In this document: piece by piece, positions 26,732 to 39,735 of the stretch | How positions within the stretch are numbered: position 1 is the stretch's first letter | How the letters are laid out: each line of letters starts with the position of its first letter | DNA from: Eledone cirrhosa | Taxonomy: Eukaryota | DNA: 64,000 bases | Reading direction: 5' to 3' | Assembly (NCBI GenBank): GCA_964016885.1 | Contig: OZ024747.1 | Location: 14,632,001-14,696,000 of the forward strand | The notes under the pieces: model-generated | Database searches by the model: none | What the model was told of the DNA's origin: nothing | The model's input: the letters and a program-made list of their open reading frames with translations, nothing else | Program-made: the position numbers and the translations under genes

Positions 26732-26914
26732 GTATGTGTATGTGAATGTGTGTGTGTGTGTATGTGAATGTGTATGACAGACTGAGCAATGATTTGTTCA
26801 CTTTGTGTATGTGAATATATGAATGTGTCAATATATATATGTAAATGTATGTGTATGTGTGTGCATGCATATGTGTGCATGGTGTGCATGTGCATGTGTG
26901 TGTATATCTATATA

Positions 26915-26993
<79 letters not shown>

Positions 26994-27341
26994 ATATATG
27001 TATATATATATATGTATATGTGTGTATGAATGCGTGTGTTATCTGTGTTGTTTGCATGTGTATTTATGTACGTGTGGGTGCGTGTATTTATCTATGTGTG
27101 TTTGTGTGTGCATTTACATGTGCATATGTATGGATGTATGCCGTAGTAATAGTAACCATAATTGATATGGCAAGTTGGCAATAAATTTCTACTTGGTCCG
27201 TGCGAAAAGACAAGACAACAACAACAAAAACACAAGCCCGAAAATACAAACGGCTACGCCACTGAAGTTAAAGAGAACAAAAATAAGAAAAAAGCAAACA
27301 CACACACATACAGAGACACACACACAGATACACATATATAT

Positions 27342-27435
<94 letters not shown>

Positions 27436-27440
27436 GTATA

Positions 27441-27526
<86 letters not shown>

Positions 27527-27543
27527 TATATATATATATATAG

Positions 27544-27610
<67 letters not shown>

Positions 27611-27903
27611 CATAAATTAAGAGCGAACAAACGCAAACATAATAGCATATGCTGCTCTGTTTCCCTATTCTACACACATTGTCATCAGTATTTCCCCAAT
27701 ACTCAATTTTATTACATGTGTTGCTGTGTAACGTGCTAAACCATACTTTGAAAGGGCAAAAAATAACAATAACAATTACATGGCTATAAATTATAATACT
27801 CATATACATATACTCATATATAATATATACGTAGATATATATATATGTGTGTATGTAGGCACACGCATATATTTACGCATATGTCTGTCTTTCTGTATGC
27901 ATT

Positions 27904-27993
<90 letters not shown>

Positions 27994-28010
27994 TATACAC
28001 ATATATAAGT

Positions 28011-28065
<55 letters not shown>

Positions 28066-28333
28066 AATATATATATATATGTAGGTATACATTCACACAC
28101 AAGAGAAAGTAAAGAAGTAGAAGGAGAAGGAGAAGGAGGAGAAGGAGGAGAAGAAGAAGAAGAAGAAGAAGAAGAAGAAGGAGGAGAAGGTAAGAAGAAG
28201 AAAAAGAAAGTATACAGAGACGAAAGACGTAAATGTAAAAGAACAGCAACGATAACAACAACAATAATAGCAAAACGAAATAGTAGAAACATGGAAGAAA
28301 GCAAGTTTGCAAATAAATTCTCTGATTTATTTG

Positions 28334-28384
<51 letters not shown>

Positions 28385-28385
28385 G

Positions 28386-28455
<70 letters not shown>

Positions 28456-28606
28456 ACATACATATACGGAATATATATATGTATATATGTTTATATATAT
28501 ATACATATATATGTATACATATACAGTACATATATATGTATGTATGTATGTATATATATATATGTATGTATATATATATATACAGTATATACATGCATAC
28601 ATATAC

Positions 28607-28671
<65 letters not shown>

Positions 28672-28682
28672 ATATTATATAC

Positions 28683-28732
<50 letters not shown>

Positions 28733-28742
28733 GTATATATAT

Positions 28743-28797
<55 letters not shown>

Positions 28798-29216
28798 GAT
28801 ATACACGTATATACAAATATATATATACATACATATCATTATATACATATGTATAGATATGTAGCATATTATTTATATTTTTGAATTTTCACTCCTTTAT
28901 CTTCTTTTTAGTCTTCTGTAGAAAACGACAAAAAGCAAACTATAATGGCACTGCATTATTTTATTGTTTATAACGTTGATGTTATTGTTGTAGCTTTTGT
29001 TGTTGTAATAGCTCTTGTTCACTTTATTGCTGTTAATTTTTCTCTTCCAATGTTTTTTCATAGTTGTAAAGCAAAAAGCAAAAAGCAAGAAAACGTTATT
29101 TGCATTCATGCACTTGTGTTTCTGACTGCTGTTGTTATTGTTGATATTATTGCCGTTGTCATGTGAACTTGTAAAAATTCAGTTCAGGTATATTTGATGA
29201 ATAATGGTTGGTGTTG

Positions 29217-29283
<67 letters not shown>

Positions 29284-29293
29284 TATAATGTAT

Positions 29294-29378
<85 letters not shown>

Positions 29379-29418
29379 CATACATATAAATACATATACA
29401 CATATATATATACATATC

Positions 29419-29460
<42 letters not shown>

Positions 29461-29496
29461 CATATAAATACATATATACATATATATATACATATA

Positions 29497-29528
<32 letters not shown>

Positions 29529-29557
29529 CATACATATAAATACATATATACATATAT

Positions 29558-29620
<63 letters not shown>

Positions 29621-29639
29621 CATATAAATACATATACAC

Positions 29640-29713
<74 letters not shown>

Positions 29714-29812
29714 ATAAATACATATATACATATATATATATACATACATATATATATATATATATCTATATTTATACATATAAATACATATACACATATA
29801 TATATACATATA

Positions 29813-29851
<39 letters not shown>

Positions 29852-30093
29852 GTATATATATATATATAAAATATATATATACATATATATATGTATATAT
29901 ATATATACATATGTATATATATATACATATATATACATATGTATATATACATATGTATGTATATATATATATGTGTATGTGTGTAAGTATGTGTGTGTGT
30001 AAGTGTGTGAGTGAATGTTTGTGTACATATGTGTCTGTATGTATGTATAAATATATATATATATATATTATATACGTATATATATAAAAATAT

Positions 30094-30162
<69 letters not shown>

Positions 30163-30318
30163 CTGCATGTGTTGTGTGTGTGTGTGTGTTTCCTTGTATA
30201 CATATGCTTACGTACAAATGTGTATATATTTTAGGTACGCTGGTGTATATGAATATGTATAGATGTGTATGTAGAAATAGATTAGTTACACATACAACAC
30301 ACACACACACACACACCA

Positions 30319-30410
<92 letters not shown>

Positions 30411-30440
30411 AGTATATATATATATCGTATATATATATAT
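26490..30440. repeat. Large compound microsatellite region: (TA)n, (TG)n, (GAA/GGA)n, (TC)n
   Basis: Seen directly; it accounts for the YI/CV-rich ORFs in the track. Confidence 0.95.
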
Positions 30441-30964
30441 TTTCAATTGAAAATGGTTGCTCGTCAGTGTATAGAAACGTGGGAAAATGTACTCAATACC
30501 GCAAGTACTAGAGTAATACAATTTAACCTAAATGTTCTTTACATATATTAAATATAAAATTCTGTGTTATACATACATTATATTTATAGATCAATGATTT
30601 ATTTGAAAGTAGCCCTACGATATATTGATTTATTTGAAATATTAGTAACATGGGCGTAAAACGTACGAATAATCTACTCTTAGCTTAAGTGAAAATGTAC
30701 AAAAGCCGTCCTTACACAATATTTACCAACTATTTCGTTTTCTTCTTTTAAATTCTAGTTTCAAATTAATAATCCTTGTTACAAGTTAATTTGGGTCTAA
30801 TCAATGAAAATTATATTTATGTTCTTTTTATAAATTATTCTTGTAAATAGGCAAAGCAGGGAGTTGAAAGTTTCAGAATGTAACATTCTGTGGATTCTTA
30901 CAATATTAAAGCCCGATAATTGGGAGTCAAGTAACCCATTTAATTTCACTGTTAGCATTATATA

Positions 30965-31132
30965 CTGTGTCCCCCGGTGCCGAAGGTGCTTCGTCCTCGA
31001 GGACCCACCGTAATTTTGACAACCAAAAAATTGAAGCAAATTAATAAACAACCTTCGGCCTCCAGGACCGTGGTAGATCTTAGAAACTTACTTTAGGAAA
31101 AAAAGTAGCGTTTTCTACGCTGGTAAATACGG
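30965..31132. mobile_element. Tc1/pogo-type MITE (partial second copy at 63839-63920)
   Basis: Imperfect TIRs of the CCGTATTT.CCGGCG...AAGACGC type, TA flanks, and a shared TTTTGACAACCAAAA interior with the 63839 copy. Confidence 0.6.
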
Positions 31133-32520
31133 TACGTATGATACTTTAAAGCACAGGTAATTGAAAATGTGAAATTTAACATCGCTGGCCTCTTGTTAAT
31201 ATACTACTGTGTACCTTCTGTTGCAAACTTTCAGACAAGGTGGCCGGTTTGAGGATATGTCCCGCCCCCCCCCCCCCTCCCCGACCAACTGTCTCAGAAA
31301 CTTGCAAAACTGTCAAAGTCGCTAGCCTTCCCTCCTCGACTAAGCAATATTTAAAAATCCATCCAAATTTTTTTCGTACTACTGTGTAGAAAAGAAAAAA
31401 AAAAGGAATGGAAGTACAAGTAAGTATCGAAGCCATATTGCAGGCACAGTTATTCTACGTCTCATGAACCACAAGAAGATACAAATAAATTTGTTGAAAA
31501 TATCGTAGGTTCTAAATTTAGCAGCTTTGCTGAAATCAAGCTATTTCAATGCAACGCACTTCTCAGTTTTTCAAATAACTCACTAATATTCTGTATAGAA
31601 AAATAAAATGAAAGAAAATTCTGTAAAAGAAAACCCTCAATGCAAATAAATGATTACAGTTGTTCCGCTACATTTTGAATTATTGTCGAAACAAGCAAAC
31701 TTAATAATATATCATAGAGATATGGAGTGAATTTCAATATGAAGAGGTGTGAACTTTAGTTTACATGAATATTAGGGAGTTATGCTTTTTCAATAAATTT
31801 CAATAATCACGTAATTGTAAAACTTTCACTTGGTAATTATCTTTTTTAGTTATTGGAAATCTATAAATGCAATAACGTAGTAATAACAAGTTCAGCTGGC
31901 ATTTCAATTCCGGAGATATGTGGAAGAGTGACTTTAAATAGACACAATACCTAAACATATTACAAGTACACACTTTATCGTCTGCGTCAAATAAAAGAGT
32001 AGAATATTTGTATTGTTAGGAAATTTACTGCAGGTTGACATCTTAACTACCAAATTTGCTGAGCTGTATACTATATTGGATTTATGATATTAGAGATCTG
32101 TTCTTCACAGCGTTAAAGCCCCAGGCGAAGCCTGATCGTGTAAAAGTATATTCATATGCATATACGTACACACTCATACAAACATGAATACATAAAAATA
32201 TACATACATACATACACACATACATACATACATATATACATACGAACGTACAAATTTACATACTTACATGATGGCTGCCCCCTCGTTATCGAGTATGGCC
32301 ATTGCACGATATAAAATTATTAATAATTAGCAATTAATGCTATCGTGCAATGCCTGTGCGTGAAGCTTTTTTTTAAAGTGAGGAAAGATTGTGGATTGAG
32401 CCAATCCCACTCTCTCTCTGAGTGACAGTAGCTATAACCCGAAAAGAAGAAAAGATCAACATCATCGGTAACTACTGAGCCGCAGGTTCATACATACATA
32501 AATATATACATACATGCATA

Positions 32521-32742
32521 CATGTACAGATACAAAGTATATACACATGCACACATACAACTCAAAACATTCACATCCACACATACAATAACATCCATAC
32601 CTACACACGCATGCATGCGGACATGCATACATATCTACCTAGTTGATGTTGTGTAAATTCTAATGAGAGAGTCTTGTATCTATGCTAGAAACCGACTCTC
32701 TCTCTATTGGCAAACATTTGTGAAATTATAGAACTAGAAGAA
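32521..32742 (+). mobile_element. Solo 3'UTR copy of the same R4-like family
   Basis: Direct repeat of ~34495-34710 (CTACCTAGTTGATGTTGTGTAAATT...AGAAGAA) ending in CATAC. Confidence 0.85.
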
Positions 32743-32778
32743 CATACGTACATACATACATATATACATACATACATA

Positions 32779-34710
32779 GGACTCTATTTTCACTGATAAA
32801 ATAAAATATTGCAGGGGTATATTTCAGGAGGACAGTCTCTCTGTGATATTATTCATCTTGTCATTAAACCCCTTGTCCTTTCTGCTCAAGAAATGTGATG
32901 GATACATCATTGGCTCACAGGAGGACAGGAATACGAACGTAACCCATAATTTATATGTGGACGATCTGAAACTCTATGCCAAGAACATGGATGGGATGAA
33001 GAAAAATCTTGACCTGTTTACAACGTTCTCAAAGGATATAGGAATGGAGTTTGGCCAAGATAAATGCTCATACATGACTGTAAAGCGGGGAAAAACAACA
33101 ACCCAATCTAGCAACATTATCATCAATGGCCTAACTGTTTCACCGATATCTGATGAGGACTGCTACAGATACCTGGGGATAGATGAGAACATATCCTGGT
33201 ATCTGTAATAAAGAACGCGGGAATACTACACCCGATTAAGAAAGATCTGGTCATCGGAACTCTCTGCGCAAAACAAAACTGTGACTCACAATGTGTTTGC
33301 TGTGCCTGTCCTAACACCAACGTTTGCAATACTCAATTGGACGATAGACGAAATCCGAGCAGTTGATGTTGGAATTCGAAAAATACTGAACAACACCGGA
33401 AAAGTCCTCATCAACAGTGATATAGACCGCCTTTACTTGAAACGTAAGCAGGGAGGCAGAAGCCTAACATCAGTCCAGAACAACATTTGAATGACGCATC
33501 ATATCTCTCCAACAACATCTACGAACCTCGAAGCGTAGGAGCCCGTTTCTCGAGCAAGCCTATCTGCATGAAACAGATAAGATCATGAGCGTTGGGAAGG
33601 AACTCCTTGGGTGATAATCAAAAACTCACACCCAGGGATGTCACTCAGCAGTATCGCAGTGAATTCATGGATGAAAAACTGCATGCCTGTCAGCAAAAAA
33701 TCATGCATGGATATGTTGCCAGGAAGCTCCAGAGTGAGAGTAATATAGATAAGGAAAGTAATCTATCTTGGACCAACAACCCCTATATTGGCTACCACTT
33801 TGAAGGATACGCTTTTGCAATCCAGGAACAGGAGATTAGCACGAAATACCTGATTCACAAAAAAGAGATAGGGATGCAGGCAAAACACCTAGATGTGATC
33901 ACAATTGCAGACTCTGCAGAACTAACATCGAGGATATCACCCATGTCATCAGCAGCTGTCCAAAGATGTCATCGCGGTACTATTTACCTATGAGGCATGA
34001 TGTAGTGGCCAAAACACTGTACAATGCAGTTCGTAAAAAAGATAGCCCCGATAATAAACACATTAAAAGCTACAACATGGAAGACATCCATGTACATAAT
34101 ATGAAATAGTACTGGTGGAATGTTCCAGTAAAAACCCCAATAAAATGCAGGCATAACCGACCAGATATTATGATATGGGACAGGGAGAAGAAAACATGCA
34201 CAGTAGTGGAAATTAGCTGCCCAGCAGATGCCAATATAATATCAAAGATTAATGAAAAGGAGAATATTCATACAGAACTGATGAGAAATTTGATTACACC
34301 TTCACATTTATGCCTGAGATTATTGGGGCACTGGGATATGTTAGTAACTGCCACAATACAAATCTTGAGATGCTAGGCTTCACAGGAACTGAAAGAACAC
34401 AACTAGTTAGGAAATTACAAGCACAATCCACTAATGGAACAGTAAAAATATGTAAAATATTCCAAACATTTTGCATCTAATAACTGCATATACACATGTA
34501 CAGATACAAAGCATATACACATGCACATGCACACATACAACTCAAAACATACACATCCACACATACAATAACATCCATATCTACCCATGCATACATACAT
34601 ATCTACCTAGTTGATGTTGTGTAAATTCCAATGAGAGAGTCTTGTGTCTATGTTAGAAACCGACTCTCTCTCTATTGGGAAAACTTTGTGAAATTATAAA
34701 ACCAGAAGAA
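32779..34710 (+). mobile_element. 5'-truncated R4/Dong-like non-LTR retrotransposon (RT + CCHC + REL endonuclease), pseudogenised
   Basis: RGIFQEDSLS..LF, THNLYVDDLK, DIGMEFGQDKC, CRLC..EDITHVISSC..RHD, NRPDI..VVEISCP; multiple stops and frameshifts; final stop at 34478-80; 3'UTR to 34710; flanked by (CATA)n. Confidence 0.93.
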
Positions 34711-35224
34711 CATACATACATACAGAACATACATACATACATGCATACATATAGGCGGCCAATTTGCAGAGTCGTTAGAACGTTGGATATAATGTTTTGC
34801 GGTATTCCTTCCGTCTCTGTGTGCTTTGAAGTCAAGATTGCATTTTATCGTTTCGTGCCAGATAAAAACTTATCAGTGAAGTCCTGGGCTTAATTCTTCC
34901 TCTATATCAATTTCTCACTTGAACTCTAACGATCTCCATCCCTCCTTCACTGGATAAAATTGCCTGTTAAGATCTGAATATGTAATGAGCTCCGACAGGT
35001 TTTAAAAAAGGCCCAGGACAGGCTGCATACACTATGGAACCTCTGCCTTTCAGCAGACATCAATACATACATATATACATAACATACGTCAATAAATACA
35101 TACATATATATACATAACATACATCAATACATACATATATACATAGCATTCATCAATACATACACACACACACATATATATATATATGTGTATATATATA
35201 TACACATAACATACATCAATACAT

Positions 35225-35259
<35 letters not shown>

Positions 35260-35407
35260 CATAACATACATCTATACATACATATATACATAGCATACAT
35301 CAATACACACACACACACTTCACACACACCACACACACACACATATATATATAAAGAATTAGTATATCTACCAACATATATATACAGATGCATACCTATG
35401 CTAGCAA

Positions 35408-35961
35408 ATATATTGGTTTTGTCTTAGTAACTTTGTGGTTCAATGCAAGGGGATGCAGTACAATTATATGAAAGACGTAAAATAAGAAAATTATAAAAAT
35501 TGACTTACTTACTAATATTTCACTCCAACTAATTAGTTTTTGAAAGGGAATAAACATGGTTTACGAATGGAACGCATGGAGAAGGCCTTTCGTCATCAGG
35601 AAGTCTATTCTCAGCTAAGTTCCCAGGCGATGCGTGGACACAGAGAACTTATACAAAAATAATTCAGTGGATGGAAAAAAGCAAGCGTGGACTAAATTCC
35701 AAGACATTGAAAAAATCACTGCCTACTTGGTCGGTGGCAAATTCAAAAGAATCAATCACGTGACATCGAAGTTAATCAGTGAGGAGTGGGGTGTTAAGAA
35801 GGCAGTAGCCGAACTATTACTATGAACTATAGTAGCAGTTTTGGCAAATTGCGTTCCATTCGGAAACCATGTTTATTCCCTTTCAGAAACTAATTAGTTG
35901 GAGTGAAATATTAGTAAGTAAGTTAATTTTTATAATTTTCCTATTTTACGTCTTTCATATA
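35408..35961. mobile_element. Inverted-repeat insertion, family E, with a degenerate hammerhead-like fold on the - strand
   Basis: 112-bp arms at 35465-35576 and 35850-35961. The right arm ends in (TA)n and the left arm has a ~57-nt extension. Minus-strand CTGATGA at 35599-35593; GAAA is intact in the right arm (35863-66). Confidence 0.6.
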
Positions 35962-38900
35962 TATATATATATATATACACACATATCATAGATCAATACA
36001 TACATATATATAGAGCACACATCAATACACATATATATATATATATATATAACATACATCAATACATACATATATACATACAGATATCTTCAAAATAGCA
36101 TTACAACGATTTTGTTATCGTTATTCTTAACATTTAATATTTTATTTGCATTATTGTAGCCTTCTGAAAACGAAAACCCTATTTTCGTCACATTCCACAA
36201 GGTTTCAGGCAATCTATAATACCATCACACTTTTATATGCTTTGCTTCAGCTTTCAACCTTCTGACAAGCAACGATTTATCATGTTAAAGCTTTGAAATT
36301 ACTCCTGTTAAACTCTAGAAAGTATTCAATTCTATGCATGCACATACGACATACTTTTGACTGAATTATGCAAACACATGAGAAATACTTTCTGTAGAAA
36401 TAAAATTGATATCAGAGCTAACAGTTAAAACACAAAGGCATTAGTAATACAATAAAATATATATTGATATGTTTTTGCTATTACGGTCATCAAACGTAAA
36501 CAGTAGATAGCGTGAAAGTCCAATTTAATGTTTAGATACAAAAAATATAAATAGTAAAAATTCACTGCATTATCATGAAACACTTAGCAGGGGAAACATC
36601 TAGTGTCCTGTGTTCTTAAACCCCAGCTTTACTGTAATAAATATGGAGATGGCCTCTGCAGGTAACGAGCCACACGAGGTAGAATGACTCCTCTAATTCA
36701 TCTCCCTCGCCTAACTCGATTATAACGTATTCACCTTTCAATCTGCTGGTAGTATAACAATCACTATATTAACTTGGTGAGTTATATTTTCTTATTTCAT
36801 GAAAGCACATGTATTGTACATGTAAAACAAAGATTTCTGGAAATAAAACACATACGTAACATATTCTGGGCTAAACGTTAGTATTCACTCTGCCTCCCGG
36901 CAGATAGTTTAATTCCATTTTGGGAAGCATTGACATTTTTACAATTTTCTTAGTAGCAAAATAATAAAGATGTGCAATAAATGTAAGTATTGAATATAGT
37001 TAGATAGCTATTAGTTTTATTGGGATTATATTATATTTCTTATTTTACTAATATCATACTCTCTATGATTTGCTTCCATAGCAACCTGCTTGTTTTGAAT
37101 ATGCCACGATGTTTCTTTACTTCTGTGCCTATCCTATAATTTCAAAGTCCAACTCCCACCCAGTCACTGCAATACCTCCCAATAACACGGTGGAAGCTCA
37201 TCATTGTTACACACGCCTGGGGACGAACGGACAAACTACATTTGTTTCTGTGTTCACCCATGCAGAATAGTTTAAAAACTGTGAAGTGTTAGAAGAAAGC
37301 TCTATAGTTCGCTTTTGTGACGGGTGACACTGGAAATCCAAACGTACAATGTCGCATTGAAAATTTGCACGATAGCGCAATGCCTCTCAAAGTTAATCCA
37401 GCGAAAAGAATATCTTAAAGGAAATTTTCAACAAGGCGAAAATTTGGATAAAAGCTTTTGAGCAGTAGTAAAAATTTCACCGATATTATCATCTGGTAAA
37501 ATATTGTACGGCTTTTTGTTGGTTCTGTTATTCTCCTTGAAGAACAAAGATAGGGTCAGCAGGTGGGTAAGATTTACTTGTCCACTATCGGCTTTGACAG
37601 GCACATGCTTAACTGACAGCTCCCTTTATACGCACGCCCGCACGTAAACACACCGATGGACACATATAAACGCACACCATATATTCACTCTCATTTACAG
37701 ATACATACACACACTGCAAATGTTTACAGTTGTTTGCTTTCATTCATTAACTTTATTGAAGAGTACTTTCGACATTGACACGTTTGGATAGAAGAAATTT
37801 GGCTAGTTTCAAATAGAGAATAGAGAGTGTTGTTAGCAAATGCAGCCAGTAAAGTGGGAACAACGATTTTGAATGAAATAAATTGTATTAGAGAATAAAA
37901 TAATATAAAGAAACGAAAACCAGAAAAATATTGGCAACATTAATTCATACACGAGAAAAGCATATGAAATTCGAAAGCTGGTGAAAAAGACAGAATAAAG
38001 TAGGCAATGTTAAAATTGGGGGAAGAATGAGTAACCGAGAGAATTATAGTGTAAGGAAGCGTTAAAGGGAATATGAGAAACGACATAAAATTTGAATAGT
38101 TTCTTAGGTTCATTAACATGAGAGAGACGAACTTTTGTCGAACAAATGCAATTTTATACGAATCTCAAATGGAAAAGTATTTTCCATATAAAACCAACAT
38201 TGTCTGAATGAGTACACCACTTTTATCAATTTGATAATGGTTTTTCACAGGACAAAAGCAAGCTGTCAATTAGCTTATGTTTGTTTATGACCCTTATTTC
38301 AAATTCTTTTATTTTGTTTATTTATCTCTCAAAAAATCCGCCCAAAATAGCTTGTACCTCCTAATATAATTTAATCTTTCACTTACACATTTCCTTTCTA
38401 TTTTTTACACAATTGAAAGCTTTTCACTATTTCACATTCATAAAAACACAAACAAAATAGAATGTCAGAAGGTAAAACTGAAATATCAATTCTGGATAAG
38501 CATTTATTTGTAGACGATAAATAAATTAGAACCTATAGTAAAAGAAGCATTGATAAACGAATAGTTTAAGCATTTTAGTGAATGATATGAAATGTGCTGT
38601 AAGCAATATCTGATAGATAGTGAATATTTTAGAGATAATTGACTATATTTGACGAAAGCTGTGGAAAAAAACGAACAGCAGCAACTGCTGACAACTATCT
38701 TTGATTGAATGTTATATGGGATATTTTTTTTATAGAATTGAACTATTGTATTTAAAATGTTGATTGAGTTTTCTTTTTTCCACCTCTATTCTACTCTCTC
38801 CCCATTTTTAATATTTCATTTGATTTTTCAATATCTTTAATTTGATTGTACGGTGAAGAGGAATTGTAAATGCTCGATATTGATGAAAAATAATTTGTTA

Positions 38901-39653
38901 TGATTTCTAATATCGTTAGCTGACAGAAACTTTGCATTAACTTGGCCAGAACAATGTGTTTACGTGTCTTTGTTCTTCCTATCAAAATTAGACATGGCCT
39001 TAACATGTATGATTGACGTTTAATCTCATTTACTCTAAGAGGCACAACTAGCAAGGCGTTTCAGTTCAACATTCACAACTATATTCTTTGACAGGTCAGA
39101 AGAGCATAGCAGTGTGATTCTTTGTAATTTTGTTAAAACGTCAACGTGGATGGAGGATAAACATATATAAGCTGCAAATTGTGAAATCGGCACCTAAGTG
39201 TGTTGGCTTGCAAAAACATAAATGTAGAATAAAAATAAACAATATAGAGGAAACTCCATCTTTCCTGTCACCCTGACACACATTACTCACATATGGTAAA
39301 CAAAGATGCAGCGATTTACAACAAAAAATTATCGACAGAATAACACGCATACAATATCAAATAGTCTAACACTCTAGCAAGAATCACAATAAACTATTTA
39401 TAAACGAATGTCATTTTATAGAATAAAATGGGAGTGCTCTGGTATCTTATTACAATGTTTGCTGTTTCTAGTATAATTATAGTCATTTTCGATTTTCAGA
39501 TTCTTTCTCTCTTGTTAGTAATGTTTCTATGTCAATTAAACATTTAATAGAGAAATACGGTAAGAAAAGAGATAGAAAAGGTAGCATTTTGAAAGGCGGT
39601 TTACAAAATATATAGTATGTATACTTTTAGCAGTACACACATAAATACTGCCG

Positions 39654-39735
39654 CTGTAGATGATACCCTTGCTGTCGAAGAATGGGATCATCATGACGTT
39701 CCAAGTGAACCTGCATTTCTTGACCTTCTTGTGTG
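39654..39735 (-). mobile_element. Mariner transposase relic
   Basis: KKVKKCRFTWNVMMIPFFDSKGIIY resembles the mariner KVM..FFD.KGII segment. Confidence 0.5.

Noticed and set aside
33150-33175. CTGATGA box
   Set aside because: Lies inside RT coding sequence with no GAAA or stems.
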